64,000 nucleotides of DNA from an uncultured Eubacteriales bacterium (GTDB taxonomy: Bacteria > Bacillota > Clostridia > Peptostreptococcales > Anaerovoracaceae), in NCBI GenBank assembly GCA_902801255.1, contig CADCHO010000003.1, positions 20,188 to 84,187 on the forward strand, read 5' to 3'. Of this stretch, positions 18,856-29,545 are shown piece by piece (position 1 is the stretch's first letter; the number at the start of each line of letters is the position of its first letter). Below the pieces are notes generated by a model, which saw only the letters and a list, made by a program, of their open reading frames with translations, did not search any database and had not been told where the DNA came from. The translations under genes and the position numbers were made by a program.

Positions 18856-20097
18856 CTAGTCGATCGTCCATTCATGCTCCAGGCTGATTATGCCGGCCTC
18901 CTGATGCGGATTTGAGACCGTGATCCTGAGAGCTTCTTTCCAGAAGTCATAATCAAATCCGTCAGGCTTATGGAGTTCAAAATCTATTTTATATACGCCT
19001 TCGTTGAGCGGAAGTCTTTTTATCTTGAGAACGGCCGTACCGTCACCTTCCAGTACTACAGGCTCAGATGTATCTATAAGAGTATTTGTACCATAGACAT
19101 GACTGTTGTCGTCCCTGTAAACAGCTAGTCCTATGACCGTATCTTCAATCTTATAAACCGCGTTGTACTTGATCTCAATATTGCAGCTTTCATTGCTTGC
19201 AAAGGCTCTTACGTCTTCGCCTTTGTCGTTATAACACGTGACAGAAGTCATTATCACTTCGCCGCTGCCCCAGCGGTTTTTATCTTCTGCTCTGTTGTAG
19301 CCGCCCTTTGCTGCATCTGCAGCCCTTGCCAGTTCTACAGCTTGCGCATTGCCTGATGCCCTGCTGCTCATATAGATCATGTAAAGCGGGTCTACATCTC
19401 TAGGAAGGCCTTCCGCCTTGATAACACCTTCGTGTATCCAGATGCTTCTGTCGCAGATCTGCTCTATCTGATTGAGGGCGTGCGAAACAATGACTATCGT
19501 CGTTCCGCTCCCTTTTATCTCTCTCATCTTGTTGAAGCACTTAGCCTGGAAGCCGGCATCACCGACCGCCAGAATCTCATCTACGAGCAGGATATCTGCG
19601 TCAACATTGATCGCTACCGCAAACGCCAGACGCATATACATACCGGAGGAATAGGTCCTTACCGGATTGTCGATAAACTCTTCAAGTTCTGAAAATGCGA
19701 TTATGTCATTCAGCCTTGCGTCTATCTCCTTTTTAGTCAGGCCAAAGATCGCGGCATTTATATAAATGTTTTCGCGTCCGCTCATATCAGGATGGAATCC
19801 TGCGCCAAGCTCAATAAGACTTGCGACGCGTCCTGCCATCTCGATAGTGCCTGAATCAGGGTATATGATGCGGGTGAGGAGCTTCAGTGTCGTGGACTTT
19901 CCACAGCCGTTGTGGCCAATCAGTCCGATAGCTTCTCCTTTTTTCACTTCAAATGAAATGCCCCGCAGAACATGCCTTACTTCATATCTGTTTCTTTTGG
20001 TAAACAGGACTTTTTCCTTAAAAGTGCTTCCTTTATCGTAATAGACCTTGAAGGACTTTTCTAAATTATGTACTTCTATAGCGTTTTCAGGTTTCAT
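18856..20097 (-). CDS. wzt: Polysaccharide ABC exporter ATP-binding protein with C-terminal glycan-binding (Wzt_C-type) domain
   Basis: 413 aa. GHNGCGKST Walker A, YSSGM signature, LLVDE Walker B, plus a ~160-aa beta-rich C-terminal extension. 1-nt overlap with wzm. Confidence 0.85.
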   Translation of the reverse strand: MKPENAIEVHNLEKSFKVYYDKGSTFKEKVLFTKRNRYEVRHVLRGISFEVKKGEAIGLIGHNGCGKSTTLKLLTRIIYPDSGTIEMAGRVASLIELGAGFHPDMSGRENIYINAAIFGLTKKEIDARLNDIIAFSELEEFIDNPVRTYSSGMYMRLAFAVAINVDADILLVDEILAVGDAGFQAKCFNKMREIKGSGTTIVIVSHALNQIEQICDRSIWIHEGVIKAEGLPRDVDPLYMIYMSSRASGNAQAVELARAADAAKGGYNRAEDKNRWGSGEVIMTSVTCYNDKGEDVRAFASNESCNIEIKYNAVYKIEDTVIGLAVYRDDNSHVYGTNTLIDTSEPVVLEGDGTAVLKIKRLPLNEGVYKIDFELHKPDGFDYDFWKEALRITVSNPHQEAGIISLEHEWTID

Positions 20098-20891
20098 TAC
20101 AGTTCCTCTGCGAAGCCTTTCTGCAGTTTTTCAAATACGGCCCATCCAATTATGCAAACGACAATGCCCAGCAGCAATGCCATGCCTATATAGTGCATGT
20201 CAGGTATCTCTTTATAATACAGAATCTGACGATACGCGTTTATCAGAGGTGTCGTCGGATTGTAGTTCCATATCGTCATCATTAACGGATGGTTTGCCAG
20301 CGCTCCTTCTACCATCTGCTGTCCATACATTACAGGGGTAAGGAACTGCCATGCCATTGCGACGATGGCCATGATGTTCTGCATGTCTCTTACATAAACT
20401 GTCAGCGCTGAGAAAATCATGCACATGCCGAGACAGATCACGTATTCAACTATCATGATGATCGGCAGGAACAGGCATGCCACCGGATTTATTCCGAATC
20501 CCGTTACTATCAGTACTGCAAATACGACTACAAAGCTGAGCAGCATGTTGACGAATGTCGCTGTAGTATGTGCGATAGGCAGCACTTCTCTCGGGAAATA
20601 GATCTTCTTTACAAGATCCTGATTTGCAAGGATACAGCTTGATCCTCCCGTTAAAGCAGAACTGAAGAATATCCACGGCACGAGAGCCACAAATAAGAAA
20701 ATGTAGTACTTCTCTATCCCGGCTCTCATGATCACTGAAAAGACCAGTGTGTATACTATTAACTGAAGTAAAGGATTCAGGAAATTCCACAAAAACCCTA
20801 AGACCGCACCTTTATAGCGGCCGCGCAGTTCTCTCTTCACAAGAGATGCGATCATTTCTCTGTATGCATATAATTCTTTGGCTTTTTTCAT
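20097..20891 (-). CDS. wzm: ABC-2 type polysaccharide exporter permease
   Basis: 264 aa, 6 TM. LVKRELRGRYKGAVLGFLWNFLNPL is the typical Wzm/TagG N-terminus. Confidence 0.9.
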   Translation of the reverse strand: MKKAKELYAYREMIASLVKRELRGRYKGAVLGFLWNFLNPLLQLIVYTLVFSVIMRAGIEKYYIFLFVALVPWIFFSSALTGGSSCILANQDLVKKIYFPREVLPIAHTTATFVNMLLSFVVVFAVLIVTGFGINPVACLFLPIIMIVEYVICLGMCMIFSALTVYVRDMQNIMAIVAMAWQFLTPVMYGQQMVEGALANHPLMMTIWNYNPTTPLINAYRQILYYKEIPDMHYIGMALLLGIVVCIIGWAVFEKLQKGFAEEL

Positions 20892-21970
20892 CTATTGTCC
20901 TTTATTAGCTCCAGCCATTGCCTGGCTGCTTTTTCCCAGCTGTACTTCGACAGCACTTCCTTTTTGCTTTCTTTCAGCTCTTCTTGCAGAAGGCTGTCCA
21001 GATCTACGTCTGCATTCCGCGGATCTATATAGTGAACGGCTCCTCCGAGTATCTCTCTGTGAACCGGAATATCAGACACTATGCATTCAGTCCCAACCGA
21101 CATTGCCTCAAGCGGCGGTATCCCGAAGCCTTCATAAAGTGAAGGGAATAAAAAGGCCTTCGCGTGCCTCATAAGAGACTTCATCTCCTCATCGCTGAGA
21201 TATCCGGTGAACAGCAGATTTGACGTGTTTTCGTCAGGCAGTCCATCACTCCATATAGCTTTATCTATTCCTCCGCAGATAACAAATGTTGCATCCGGAT
21301 TTCTAAGCGATACATTCTTTATCCATGTATGGTTTTTATGTGCTGCCAGTGTTCCTACCGTAAAGTAGTAATCTCCCCTTTTGATCTGCGGAAACCTTTC
21401 AAAGATGCTTTCATCCTCGCCGATTCTGTCAAAATGCTGCCAGCCGCAGCCTATGATATGAAGCTTTCTGTCAGGCACCCTGAAATACTTCTGTATTCTT
21501 TCTTTTGAGAATTCAGAGATCGTCACTACTTTATCGGCATGCATCAGCCCGATTACAGACTGCAGCCTGCACACTGACCTGAACTTTAAAGAGTCATAGT
21601 ATCCGATGTCAGGATCTTTCTCCATATATCTCACGTCAGCCATTGTAATGATCGAATGCCTTACGACGGAATACTGTGTTACAGGACTTATGACTCTTCT
21701 GTTTGTCCTGTAGGCATAGCTTCGAAGCTCAGTAGTTGTCCACCGTCTGCTGTCTTCATTACCCAATGTAGTGATCTTTATGTTATTGAGCTCCGGTGGA
21801 TCTACCAGTCCGTCTCCCGGAACGCATAATTCAAGTTCCAGATCCTCATCACAAATCAGCCTGTCAAGCTCACGCAGGATCTCTCTCCCTGTGCGTCCAA
21901 GACCGGCAACGCTTTTTGTAATAAAGTGTCCATTAATTATGTAACTGTTTTCTCTGATTTTTTTACTCAT
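20888..21970 (-). CDS. GT4 glycosyltransferase (WbpY/WbpZ-like rhamnosyl/mannosyltransferase candidate)
   Basis: 360 aa. [15 protein letters not shown]. Confidence 0.8.
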   Translation of the reverse strand: MSKKIRENSYIINGHFITKSVAGLGRTGREILRELDRLICDEDLELELCVPGDGLVDPPELNNIKITTLGNEDSRRWTTTELRSYAYRTNRRVISPVTQYSVVRHSIITMADVRYMEKDPDIGYYDSLKFRSVCRLQSVIGLMHADKVVTISEFSKERIQKYFRVPDRKLHIIGCGWQHFDRIGEDESIFERFPQIKRGDYYFTVGTLAAHKNHTWIKNVSLRNPDATFVICGGIDKAIWSDGLPDENTSNLLFTGYLSDEEMKSLMRHAKAFLFPSLYEGFGIPPLEAMSVGTECIVSDIPVHREILGGAVHYIDPRNADVDLDSLLQEELKESKKEVLSKYSWEKAARQWLELIKDNR

Positions 21971-23000
21971 TCTTCAGCATGTCAAGCAGCAGTCCGGCTG
22001 ATTTTTCCCAGCTGAACTGCCCAAGGGCGTGATCCCCGGTCCCGGTTTTCTCTTTCATCAGTGCGTCAAGGTCGACCTCTGTATTATACGGGTCTATGTA
22101 GTGCACACTGTCTGATAGCACCTCAGGAAGAGATGCCGTATTCGAGCTGATTACCTCCGCACCTAAGGCCAGTGCCTCGATTGGCGGAAGTCCGAATCCT
22201 TCATATAACGACGGGAATATAAATGCTTTGCAGTTCTTCATCAGAGAGCAAGCATCTTCATCCGATATGAAGCCCAGCATATGAACGTTTTCAGGTATTT
22301 CCGTATACTCCGTCTCATAATGCTTCCCCGCAATTGCAAATGTCTCATGCGGATTTCTTCCGGCAGCTTCTATGATCCACTTCCCGTTCTTATTTTTTGC
22401 CAGAGTTGCCAGTGAGAAGAAAAACTTCTTCTTTTCAAGGAAGGGATATCTTTCTTCCCAGTCACTGCTTTCCCTGTACTGTCTCACATGCTGCCAGGCA
22501 CAAGGAACGACTGTTATCTTCCCTTTTGCCTTCGGATAATACTTTTCGATCTCTTCTTTACAGAAATTACTTATAGTAATGATCTTTTTTTCGTGGCTTG
22601 TGATATACGAATACTGCAGGCAGTGCCACATTCTCGAAAGGCGGTTTCTGAATGTCGTGTAATGCGACGGATTCACCTTATACATGATGTCAAGGATCGC
22701 AGTGATCCCCGGCTGCATAAACAAAGGTGTAACATTGCACAAGTTAAGGCAGAAGCTGTCCCTGCGGCGCCTCACATATTTTCTGAGCACTGTCTGTTCC
22801 CAGATTATCCCGCCTCTGTTACCTGCCTGCTCAACGCGTATCCTTTTATAATCCGGTATGTCGTGTGCAGTCGGAGGCACCAGAAGCGTGATATCCATCG
22901 AATCATCCATCAGAAGATCCAATGCGGAGAGCAGTTCCCTTGCATACCTGACAAGGCCCTGCATCCTGTCTTCCATGAATCTCCCGTTGATAATGATCAT
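21963..23000 (-). CDS. GT4 glycosyltransferase (paralogue of 20888..21970)
   Basis: 345 aa. [15 protein letters not shown]. Confidence 0.8.
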   Translation of the reverse strand: MIIINGRFMEDRMQGLVRYARELLSALDLLMDDSMDITLLVPPTAHDIPDYKRIRVEQAGNRGGIIWEQTVLRKYVRRRRDSFCLNLCNVTPLFMQPGITAILDIMYKVNPSHYTTFRNRLSRMWHCLQYSYITSHEKKIITISNFCKEEIEKYYPKAKGKITVVPCAWQHVRQYRESSDWEERYPFLEKKKFFFSLATLAKNKNGKWIIEAAGRNPHETFAIAGKHYETEYTEIPENVHMLGFISDEDACSLMKNCKAFIFPSLYEGFGLPPIEALALGAEVISSNTASLPEVLSDSVHYIDPYNTEVDLDALMKEKTGTGDHALGQFSWEKSAGLLLDMLKNE

Positions 23001-23911
23001 TCTTTTTCTCTCCAGTAGTTGAGTACTTCGCTGAGTACTGTGTCCATTCCGAGCTCAGGCTGCCAGCCTGTATGAGCTGTAAGCTTGTCGTGATTGCCGC
23101 ATACCACAGGAGTGTCGCTCGGTCTCATGCGTGCAGGGTCCTGTCTGACCTCGATCTTCGCATTAGCCATGCTGACCAGCTTGTCCAGAATCTGCTGTGC
23201 AGTATAAGTCTTGCCCGAGCAAATGTTATATATCTCTCCTGCATGACCTTTCTCTGCTACCAGTCTGACTGCCCTTACGGCATCCCTGACATGTGTGAAG
23301 TCTCTGGCGCTCTCAAGATTGCCCACCGAGAGGTATTCCTTCTCTCCTCTTTCAACTTCAACTATGCCGGATGCGAAATCAGGAACCATGAATCCCTTAG
23401 CCTGTCCCGGTCCCACCAGATTGAAGAACCTTATCATGCATACGTTCATGCCGTATGCCCTGGTATAAAGCTGTGCGAATTTATCCTGAGCCGACTTCGA
23501 GATGGCATAAGGAGTCATAGGATTGACCGGCATATCTTCGGTCACATTAGCTCCGCGCTCACCAAGTGAGCCGTACTCGTCAGAGGAACCTATTGTTATA
23601 ACTCTCATCGACGGATCTACCGCCCTGACAGCCTCAAGGATGTTGATCAGTCCGATCGTATTAAGAGAAACTGTCAGCTGAGGTTTCTTCCATGACAGAC
23701 CTACATTTGCCTGTCCGGCCATGTTGATCAGCACATCAGGCTTATACTCTGAAAGTATATCGAGCACCATCTCAGGGTTCATTATGTCCATTGCTACGAT
23801 TTTGTCAGTCGCAAACAGATCGCAGCATACCACCTCGTAACCATTCGCTTCGAGCTCGGCTGCCAGATGTGAGCCGACAAAGCCCTTGCCTCCGGTTATC
23901 AGTGCTTTCAT
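22997..23911 (-). CDS. rmd: GDP-4-dehydro-6-deoxy-D-mannose reductase (GDP-D-rhamnose synthase) candidate
   Basis: 304 aa [42 protein letters not shown]. This pattern is Rmd-like rather than Fcl-like. Translationally coupled to gmd (ATGA). Confidence 0.7.
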   Translation of the reverse strand: MKALITGGKGFVGSHLAAELEANGYEVVCCDLFATDKIVAMDIMNPEMVLDILSEYKPDVLINMAGQANVGLSWKKPQLTVSLNTIGLINILEAVRAVDPSMRVITIGSSDEYGSLGERGANVTEDMPVNPMTPYAISKSAQDKFAQLYTRAYGMNVCMIRFFNLVGPGQAKGFMVPDFASGIVEVERGEKEYLSVGNLESARDFTHVRDAVRAVRLVAEKGHAGEIYNICSGKTYTAQQILDKLVSMANAKIEVRQDPARMRPSDTPVVCGNHDKLTAHTGWQPELGMDTVLSEVLNYWREKE

Positions 23912-24942
23912 TTTAAACCAGCCTCCTTCTTGGCAAGCTGCAGATCGTGTTCAGCCATTATTGCGCAAAGCTGCTCATAGCTTGTCTTCTGAGGATCCCA
24001 GCCGAGCTTTGTTCTTGCCTTTGTAGGATCGCCCCAAAGATTGACTACGTCAGTCGGACGGTACCACTTAGGATTTACGCATACCAGCATCTTACCGGTC
24101 TTCTTGTCGTAGCCCTTCTCATCCATTCCTTTGCCCTTCCACTCGAGCTCGATGCCGTCGTTGGCGAATGCGAGAGTTGTAAACTCACGGACCGTATGCT
24201 GTACGCCTGTTGCGATAACATAATCATCCGGCTCGTCCTGCTGGAGTATGAGCCACATGCACTCAACATAATCCTTTGCATAGCCCCAGTCTCTGAGCGA
24301 GTCAAGGTTTCCGAGCTCAAGGTGATCCTGGAGTCCGCATGCGATACGTCCTGCTGCCAGAGTGATCTTACGTGTTACGAAGTTGTCGCCTCTTCTCTCA
24401 GATTCGTGGTTGAAGAGGATACCGTTACATGCGAAGATGCCGTATGCTTCACGGTACTGTCTTATCATCCAGTATCCATACTGCTTAGCAACTGCGTAAG
24501 GCGAATATGGATGGAAAGGTGTGTTCTCGTTCTGAGGCACTTCTTCTACTTTTCCGTAGAGCTCGCTTGTGCTTGCCTGATAGACTCTGCATGTTTTGTC
24601 GAGTCCTGCTGTGTGAACAGCCTCGAGTATCCTGAGAACTCCGAGAGCGTCTACATCACCCGTGTACTCAGCGGCATCGAAAGATACCTGCACATGGCTC
24701 TGGGCAGCGAGGTTGTAGATCTCGTCAGGCTTGACCTGAAGGACGATGCGGATAATACTTGATGAATCCGACAGATCTCCCTCGTGAATAATCAGTTTAT
24801 CGAGAATGTGATCTATACGTGCTGTTGTGGAAACGGAAGCTCTTCTGATGATTCCGTGTACTTCGTATCCCTTCTCGAGCAGAAACTCTGCAAGATATGA
24901 TCCGTCCTGTCCCGTAATACCTGTTATGAGTGCTTTCTTCAT
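23908..24942 (-). CDS. gmd: GDP-mannose 4,6-dehydratase
   Basis: 344 aa. [45 protein letters not shown]. Confidence 0.95.
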   Translation of the reverse strand: MKKALITGITGQDGSYLAEFLLEKGYEVHGIIRRASVSTTARIDHILDKLIIHEGDLSDSSSIIRIVLQVKPDEIYNLAAQSHVQVSFDAAEYTGDVDALGVLRILEAVHTAGLDKTCRVYQASTSELYGKVEEVPQNENTPFHPYSPYAVAKQYGYWMIRQYREAYGIFACNGILFNHESERRGDNFVTRKITLAAGRIACGLQDHLELGNLDSLRDWGYAKDYVECMWLILQQDEPDDYVIATGVQHTVREFTTLAFANDGIELEWKGKGMDEKGYDKKTGKMLVCVNPKWYRPTDVVNLWGDPTKARTKLGWDPQKTSYEQLCAIMAEHDLQLAKKEAGLK

Positions 24943-24952
24943 GATTTCTCCT

Positions 24953-27277
24953 TTATATTTTCGTTGTTACAACTGATAATTGACCTTTTATAATCAACGG
25001 ATTTTTCGATGCCGGTATAAAGATGCTCTCACCGGCGCTTATCTCCATCGATTCTCCTTCTATCTCCACGACGCCGCTTCCTATGATGCAGACCATGGCA
25101 TGGAAGCTGTCATCGTCGAGCTGCATTGTTATGCTGCCGTCTATTTCCGAGATCGTCGTCTCAAAGTACTTGCATCTTATCTGCTTCTGACCGAGTGCAT
25201 CTGTGACGGTATTGAGTCCCTCAGGAACATACCTGTCATAGTTGAGCACGTCCAGCGCTTTGCTGAGATGCAGTTCTCTCGGATTGCCGAACTTGTCCCT
25301 GCGGTCATAGTCGTACAGCCTGTAAGTGCAGTTGCTGCTCTGCTGTATCTCGCAGATCAGGTTCCCCGCACCTATCGCATGTACTGTCCCTGCAGGAATG
25401 AAGAATACATCTCCCGGTTTCGTCGGATAGAAGTTCAGCACATCCATAATGGTGTTATTGCTTACCCTCTCCGCAACCTCTTCTCTGCTGACATCGCGGT
25501 TGAATCCTACATAAAGGCCGGCGCCCGGTTCGGAATTGATCACGTACCACATCTCGTTCTTTCCATACTCGTTCTCGTTGGCAAGTGCGTAATCGTCTCC
25601 CGGATGCACCTGTACGGACAGATTCTGCTTTGCATCGATCAGCTTTATGAGTATTGGGAACGACTGAAGCGGTGCGCACTTCCAGCCCAGGATGTCCTTT
25701 CCGACCTTTTCTATGTAGTCAGTGAAGGTAAGTCCCTTATGCCTTCCGCTTGCTATGATACTGTTGCCGGCCGGATGTGCTGACAGCTCCCAGCTCTCGG
25801 CAATAATATCGTAGTCACATTTTTTATTGTAAATATCCCTGAGACGTGTACCTCCCCAAAGGTAGTCCTTGAATGCCGGTGAAAGTCTTACTAAAGGATC
25901 AGGTGTAAAGCCGAGATCTTTCTCTGTAACTCCGCGGCCTGATACCGACCTCATATCCGAGTCATTTATGTTTTCACCGGTGACTGTCTCTATGAGTACG
26001 AGCAGTTTGTCTTCCGGATTGGATATCTGATGATTGACCCCCGGTGTGACCCCTACGTTTTCCGTCTCATGATAAATCTTTGTTTTACCGTCGATCGTTA
26101 TTAGGGCACTGCCCTCAATGATGGTCCAGTTTTCGCATCGCTGGTCATGACTGTGCTCATAGATGGTGCCGCCCGGAAGTATATTGATGCGGCGGAGCAG
26201 ATAACCTTCTCCGCGTGCAAGATCCTCACGGTATCCCCATTCACGGTATATCAGCGGTCCGTATGCAGCACTCCTTCGCACTTCCTCATGCTCTCTGAAA
26301 ATATCTTTCAGCTTATATGACCGGCCTCTTTTGCCTACGTAAATCGCATCCGGAGTATTTACAACGATCGCGTCATCAAGGCCATTGACAACAACTGTCT
26401 GATCCGGATCTCTGTTGATGACCTCAGTACCGTCACTGTCATAGACCACGCTTGCTCCATACGTTGCAGCCTCGGTCTTCTGAAGGTCCTCGAGTCTGCC
26501 GATGTCGCTCCAGCCAAATCCGACCGGGAGGCCTATCTTATTTTTCGAAGGCTCTATAACGCAGTTCTCAACAGATATGGCCTCTATGTCATTCAGGACC
26601 TTTGCCTCATACAAGGATCCTCTCTGTGCATCTTTTCTGAGCGGATACGCTTTGCGGCACGCTTCAAACAATGAAGGTTTTAGGCGCTTTAGTTCATTAA
26701 GGAAAACGCCTCCCTGAAAGAGCAGCATGCCGACGTTCTGATATGCATCAAGATCTTTCAGCATTGCAGCCTGCTCTTCATCAGGTTTTTCTATAAACAT
26801 CTCCCCCTGTCCGGTGAAGTATCCGAAGCGCCTGCTTATTGCAGATGCCTCTATGCCGAACAGCACTATGCGGTCTTCCTGTGCGAGATTTTTGGCCTCA
26901 AGGATCGCATCCTTGTAGCTGAGGCCCTCGCAATCTCCTGTATCCACAAGATGGTTGGCAGGCACCACGAACACATACTCTGAAGGCTGAAGATCCATGC
27001 ATGCGAGCGTAATAGCCGCAGTAGTATGTCTTGGCTCCTCTTCATATATGCATCTGTATGTTATGCCCTGAAAGGCTTCCATCTGGTTGGAGACAGCCGA
27101 GCGGTAATCGTAATTTGTGACGATAATAAACTCATCACAATATGCCATATTCCTGGCGATCGTCTCCTGGAATATGGAATGATTTTTCTGTATTTGTATG
27201 AACTGCTTAGGCAGATCTTTCCTGGAAAGAGGCCACAGTCTTTCTCCTCTTCCTCCTGCCAATACAACGCATTTCAT
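24953..27277 (-). CDS. Three-domain fusion: mannose-1-phosphate guanylyltransferase, cupin domain and class I phosphomannose isomerase
   Basis: 774 aa. [12 protein letters not shown] and FIEKPD (NTP-transferase). [15 protein letters not shown] (cupin). [35 protein letters not shown] (ManA-type PMI). Confidence 0.85.
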   Translation of the reverse strand: MKCVVLAGGRGERLWPLSRKDLPKQFIQIQKNHSIFQETIARNMAYCDEFIIVTNYDYRSAVSNQMEAFQGITYRCIYEEEPRHTTAAITLACMDLQPSEYVFVVPANHLVDTGDCEGLSYKDAILEAKNLAQEDRIVLFGIEASAISRRFGYFTGQGEMFIEKPDEEQAAMLKDLDAYQNVGMLLFQGGVFLNELKRLKPSLFEACRKAYPLRKDAQRGSLYEAKVLNDIEAISVENCVIEPSKNKIGLPVGFGWSDIGRLEDLQKTEAATYGASVVYDSDGTEVINRDPDQTVVVNGLDDAIVVNTPDAIYVGKRGRSYKLKDIFREHEEVRRSAAYGPLIYREWGYREDLARGEGYLLRRINILPGGTIYEHSHDQRCENWTIIEGSALITIDGKTKIYHETENVGVTPGVNHQISNPEDKLLVLIETVTGENINDSDMRSVSGRGVTEKDLGFTPDPLVRLSPAFKDYLWGGTRLRDIYNKKCDYDIIAESWELSAHPAGNSIIASGRHKGLTFTDYIEKVGKDILGWKCAPLQSFPILIKLIDAKQNLSVQVHPGDDYALANENEYGKNEMWYVINSEPGAGLYVGFNRDVSREEVAERVSNNTIMDVLNFYPTKPGDVFFIPAGTVHAIGAGNLICEIQQSSNCTYRLYDYDRRDKFGNPRELHLSKALDVLNYDRYVPEGLNTVTDALGQKQIRCKYFETTISEIDGSITMQLDDDSFHAMVCIIGSGVVEIEGESMEISAGESIFIPASKNPLIIKGQLSVVTTKI

Positions 27278-28353
27278 TAGAGTAGTTCGTCTCTTTCTGC
27301 CTCTTTGAGTGCGTCCACTATCTTCTTAACATTCTGTGCCTTGTCTTTGCGGCATACCATGATAGCATCAGCCGTCTCTACGATGACGATGTTCTCCACA
27401 TCCACAGCTGTTACTATACGTCCGGATGAGTAGATGACCGAATCCTTCACTCCTATTGCTGTGACATCGCCGACGATTACGTTGCCTTCTTCATCAGACT
27501 CATGAAGTATATCCATCATATCCCAGCTTCCTACGTCATTCCATCCGCAGTCGCCCGGGATAACAAGAACGTCACCCTTAGCTGCGCTAGGTTCCATGAC
27601 GGCATAATCGATGGAGATCTTGCGGATCCTCGGATACACCTCATTAAGAACTTCCTGCTCGGAGGCAGTATTCATTGCATCTCCGATAGCTTTGAGATCC
27701 TCATAGATGTCAGGATTGTACTCTTTGAGTTTATCAAGGATGAGCGAAGCCTTCCATATGAACATTCCGCTGTTCCACGCATATTTACCGGATTCAACGT
27801 AAGCCTTGGCTGTCTCTTCATCCGGTTTCTCGCGGAACTCGATAACAGGTTTTACCGCTCCTTCTGCATCGGAGTCATACTTGATATATCCGAATCCTGT
27901 TGAAGGGAACGTTGGCTTGAGCCCGATCGTGACCAGCTTGTCTTCAGTTTCAGCGGTGTGAATTGCGGTTTTGAAAATCTCTGTCAGCGCCGGAACATCC
28001 TCGATATAGTGATCGGCCGGAGTGATGACCATTACTCCGTCACCATACTTGCGGAGTATCTCCATTGCCGAGTAGCCTATGCAGGCTGCAGTGTTTCTGG
28101 CTGCCGGCTCAGCAAGGATGTTTCTCGGGAGCACCTTGCCCTGTGTAGCTGTCAGCATCGAAGGTGCCTGCACGTCCGCAGTCACAATAAAAATATTGCT
28201 TTTGTCTATGACTGTGGCCATGCGCTCAACGGCCTCATTTACCATCAGATCTTTTCCTGACAGATTCAGTAACTGTTTTGGTGTCTTCTGCCTTGACAGA
28301 GGCCAGAAGCGTGTACCGCCTCCGCCGGCCATGATAACTCCGTAATGATTCAT
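27277..28353 (-). CDS. manC: Mannose-1-phosphate guanylyltransferase (stand-alone, no cupin domain)
   Basis: 358 aa. GGGGTRFWPLSR, FREKPD. Confidence 0.9.
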   Translation of the reverse strand: MNHYGVIMAGGGGTRFWPLSRQKTPKQLLNLSGKDLMVNEAVERMATVIDKSNIFIVTADVQAPSMLTATQGKVLPRNILAEPAARNTAACIGYSAMEILRKYGDGVMVITPADHYIEDVPALTEIFKTAIHTAETEDKLVTIGLKPTFPSTGFGYIKYDSDAEGAVKPVIEFREKPDEETAKAYVESGKYAWNSGMFIWKASLILDKLKEYNPDIYEDLKAIGDAMNTASEQEVLNEVYPRIRKISIDYAVMEPSAAKGDVLVIPGDCGWNDVGSWDMMDILHESDEEGNVIVGDVTAIGVKDSVIYSSGRIVTAVDVENIVIVETADAIMVCRKDKAQNVKKIVDALKEAERDELL

Positions 28354-28384
28354 GTCTGCTCCTTGTTGTGAATTTCTTTAAAGA

Positions 28385-29545
28385 TTACAGCGAATTGATA
28401 AAATCTTTGATGTTTCTTTTGAATTGCTCCGGGGTGAAGTTTTCTTCGACTCTCTTTCTGGCAGCTTCGCCCATTTTTTGTCTGAGTTCAGGGTCTGCTG
28501 CAAGCGTCCTTACAGCCTCCGCAAATGCATGGCTGTCGGCATTAGGGCATTCTATGCCTGTTATGCCGTCAAGATTGACGTAGTTTACACCGCTGCCGTA
28601 GATATAGAATGTGACAGCCGGTTTTCCGTAGTACATGCCTTCTGCAAGCGCGAGGCCAAATCCTTCGTTTCTTGTAACGGACGGAAAACTTATAAAGTCG
28701 CAGGCATTGTAATACGCCCGTTTCTCAGAATCACTGATCCTTCCGAGAAACTCTATCTTATCGTCTCCCTTAGCCTGCTCCTTGAGTTCTTCTGTCAGCT
28801 CACCCTCGCCTGCGATCAGGAATTTAACATTCTCTCCCTGCAGTTCGCGTGAAGCTTCAATAAGATACTTCAGTCCTTTGTATGGAACATGCCTTCCTAT
28901 AAAGAACCCGACAACACTGTCTCCGTATCTTTTTCTTATATCCTCTGAAAGCTTCCTGTCCTCGTCACTGAGGACCAGCTTTGAAGTATCGATCATATAC
29001 GGCAGCACTTTTTTCTTCGATCCGAACTGCTTTGTGAATTCCGATTTATCCACATGCATAGGCGTAGCACCAAGCACGCACTGCATACGGTCTATCAAAG
29101 CAAGGTTCTGATGATGGAACAGGTGCTTCAATACCTTCTGCTTTGTAATATCCAGATGCCAATACAGAGCAAGTTTGAAGTCTCTCTTTTTATATTTGAG
29201 CAAATAATAAGCCTGGAATGGATTCGGGTAGTGAAATATAACTACATCCGGTTTAAATCCATCCATCAGTTTTTTCAGCTCGCGCCCGAAAGTCAGCGAC
29301 ATTGACTGGGATGCCGCTTTTACAAAACAACCGCACTTTATTATCTCAACTCCGTCGACTTCGTCATGTATGGTCTCAGCTCTGTGACATACATGATCTC
29401 CGTCTGCAGAATCCTCGTTAAAGCAGATGACCTTCTGTTCAAAATCCGGGTCATCCTTAAGCGCATTCGAAATGTCTCTGGCTACCTGCTCTATGCCTCC
29501 GATGTGAGGGTAATAATAGTTTGAGATCTGAAGTACTTTCTTCAC
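28385..29545 (-). CDS. GT4 glycosyltransferase
   Basis: 386 aa. PSVTRNEGFGLALAEGM. GTG start at 29545, immediately after the upstream TAA. Confidence 0.8.
   Translation of the reverse strand: MKKVLQISNYYYPHIGGIEQVARDISNALKDDPDFEQKVICFNEDSADGDHVCHRAETIHDEVDGVEIIKCGCFVKAASQSMSLTFGRELKKLMDGFKPDVVIFHYPNPFQAYYLLKYKKRDFKLALYWHLDITKQKVLKHLFHHQNLALIDRMQCVLGATPMHVDKSEFTKQFGSKKKVLPYMIDTSKLVLSDEDRKLSEDIRKRYGDSVVGFFIGRHVPYKGLKYLIEASRELQGENVKFLIAGEGELTEELKEQAKGDDKIEFLGRISDSEKRAYYNACDFISFPSVTRNEGFGLALAEGMYYGKPAVTFYIYGSGVNYVNLDGITGIECPNADSHAFAEAVRTLAADPELRQKMGEAARKRVEENFTPEQFKRNIKDFINSL

Noticed and set aside
23947-24762. Long + strand ORFs antisense to real genes (this one inside gmd; also 1310-2167, 22488-23018, 24980-25783, 29549-30217, 31738-32526, 33148-33813, 58694-59362).
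   Set aside because: Each lies entirely within a minus-strand gene that has unmistakable family motifs. The translations are Cys/Leu/Arg-rich with no recognisable domains and no RBS.
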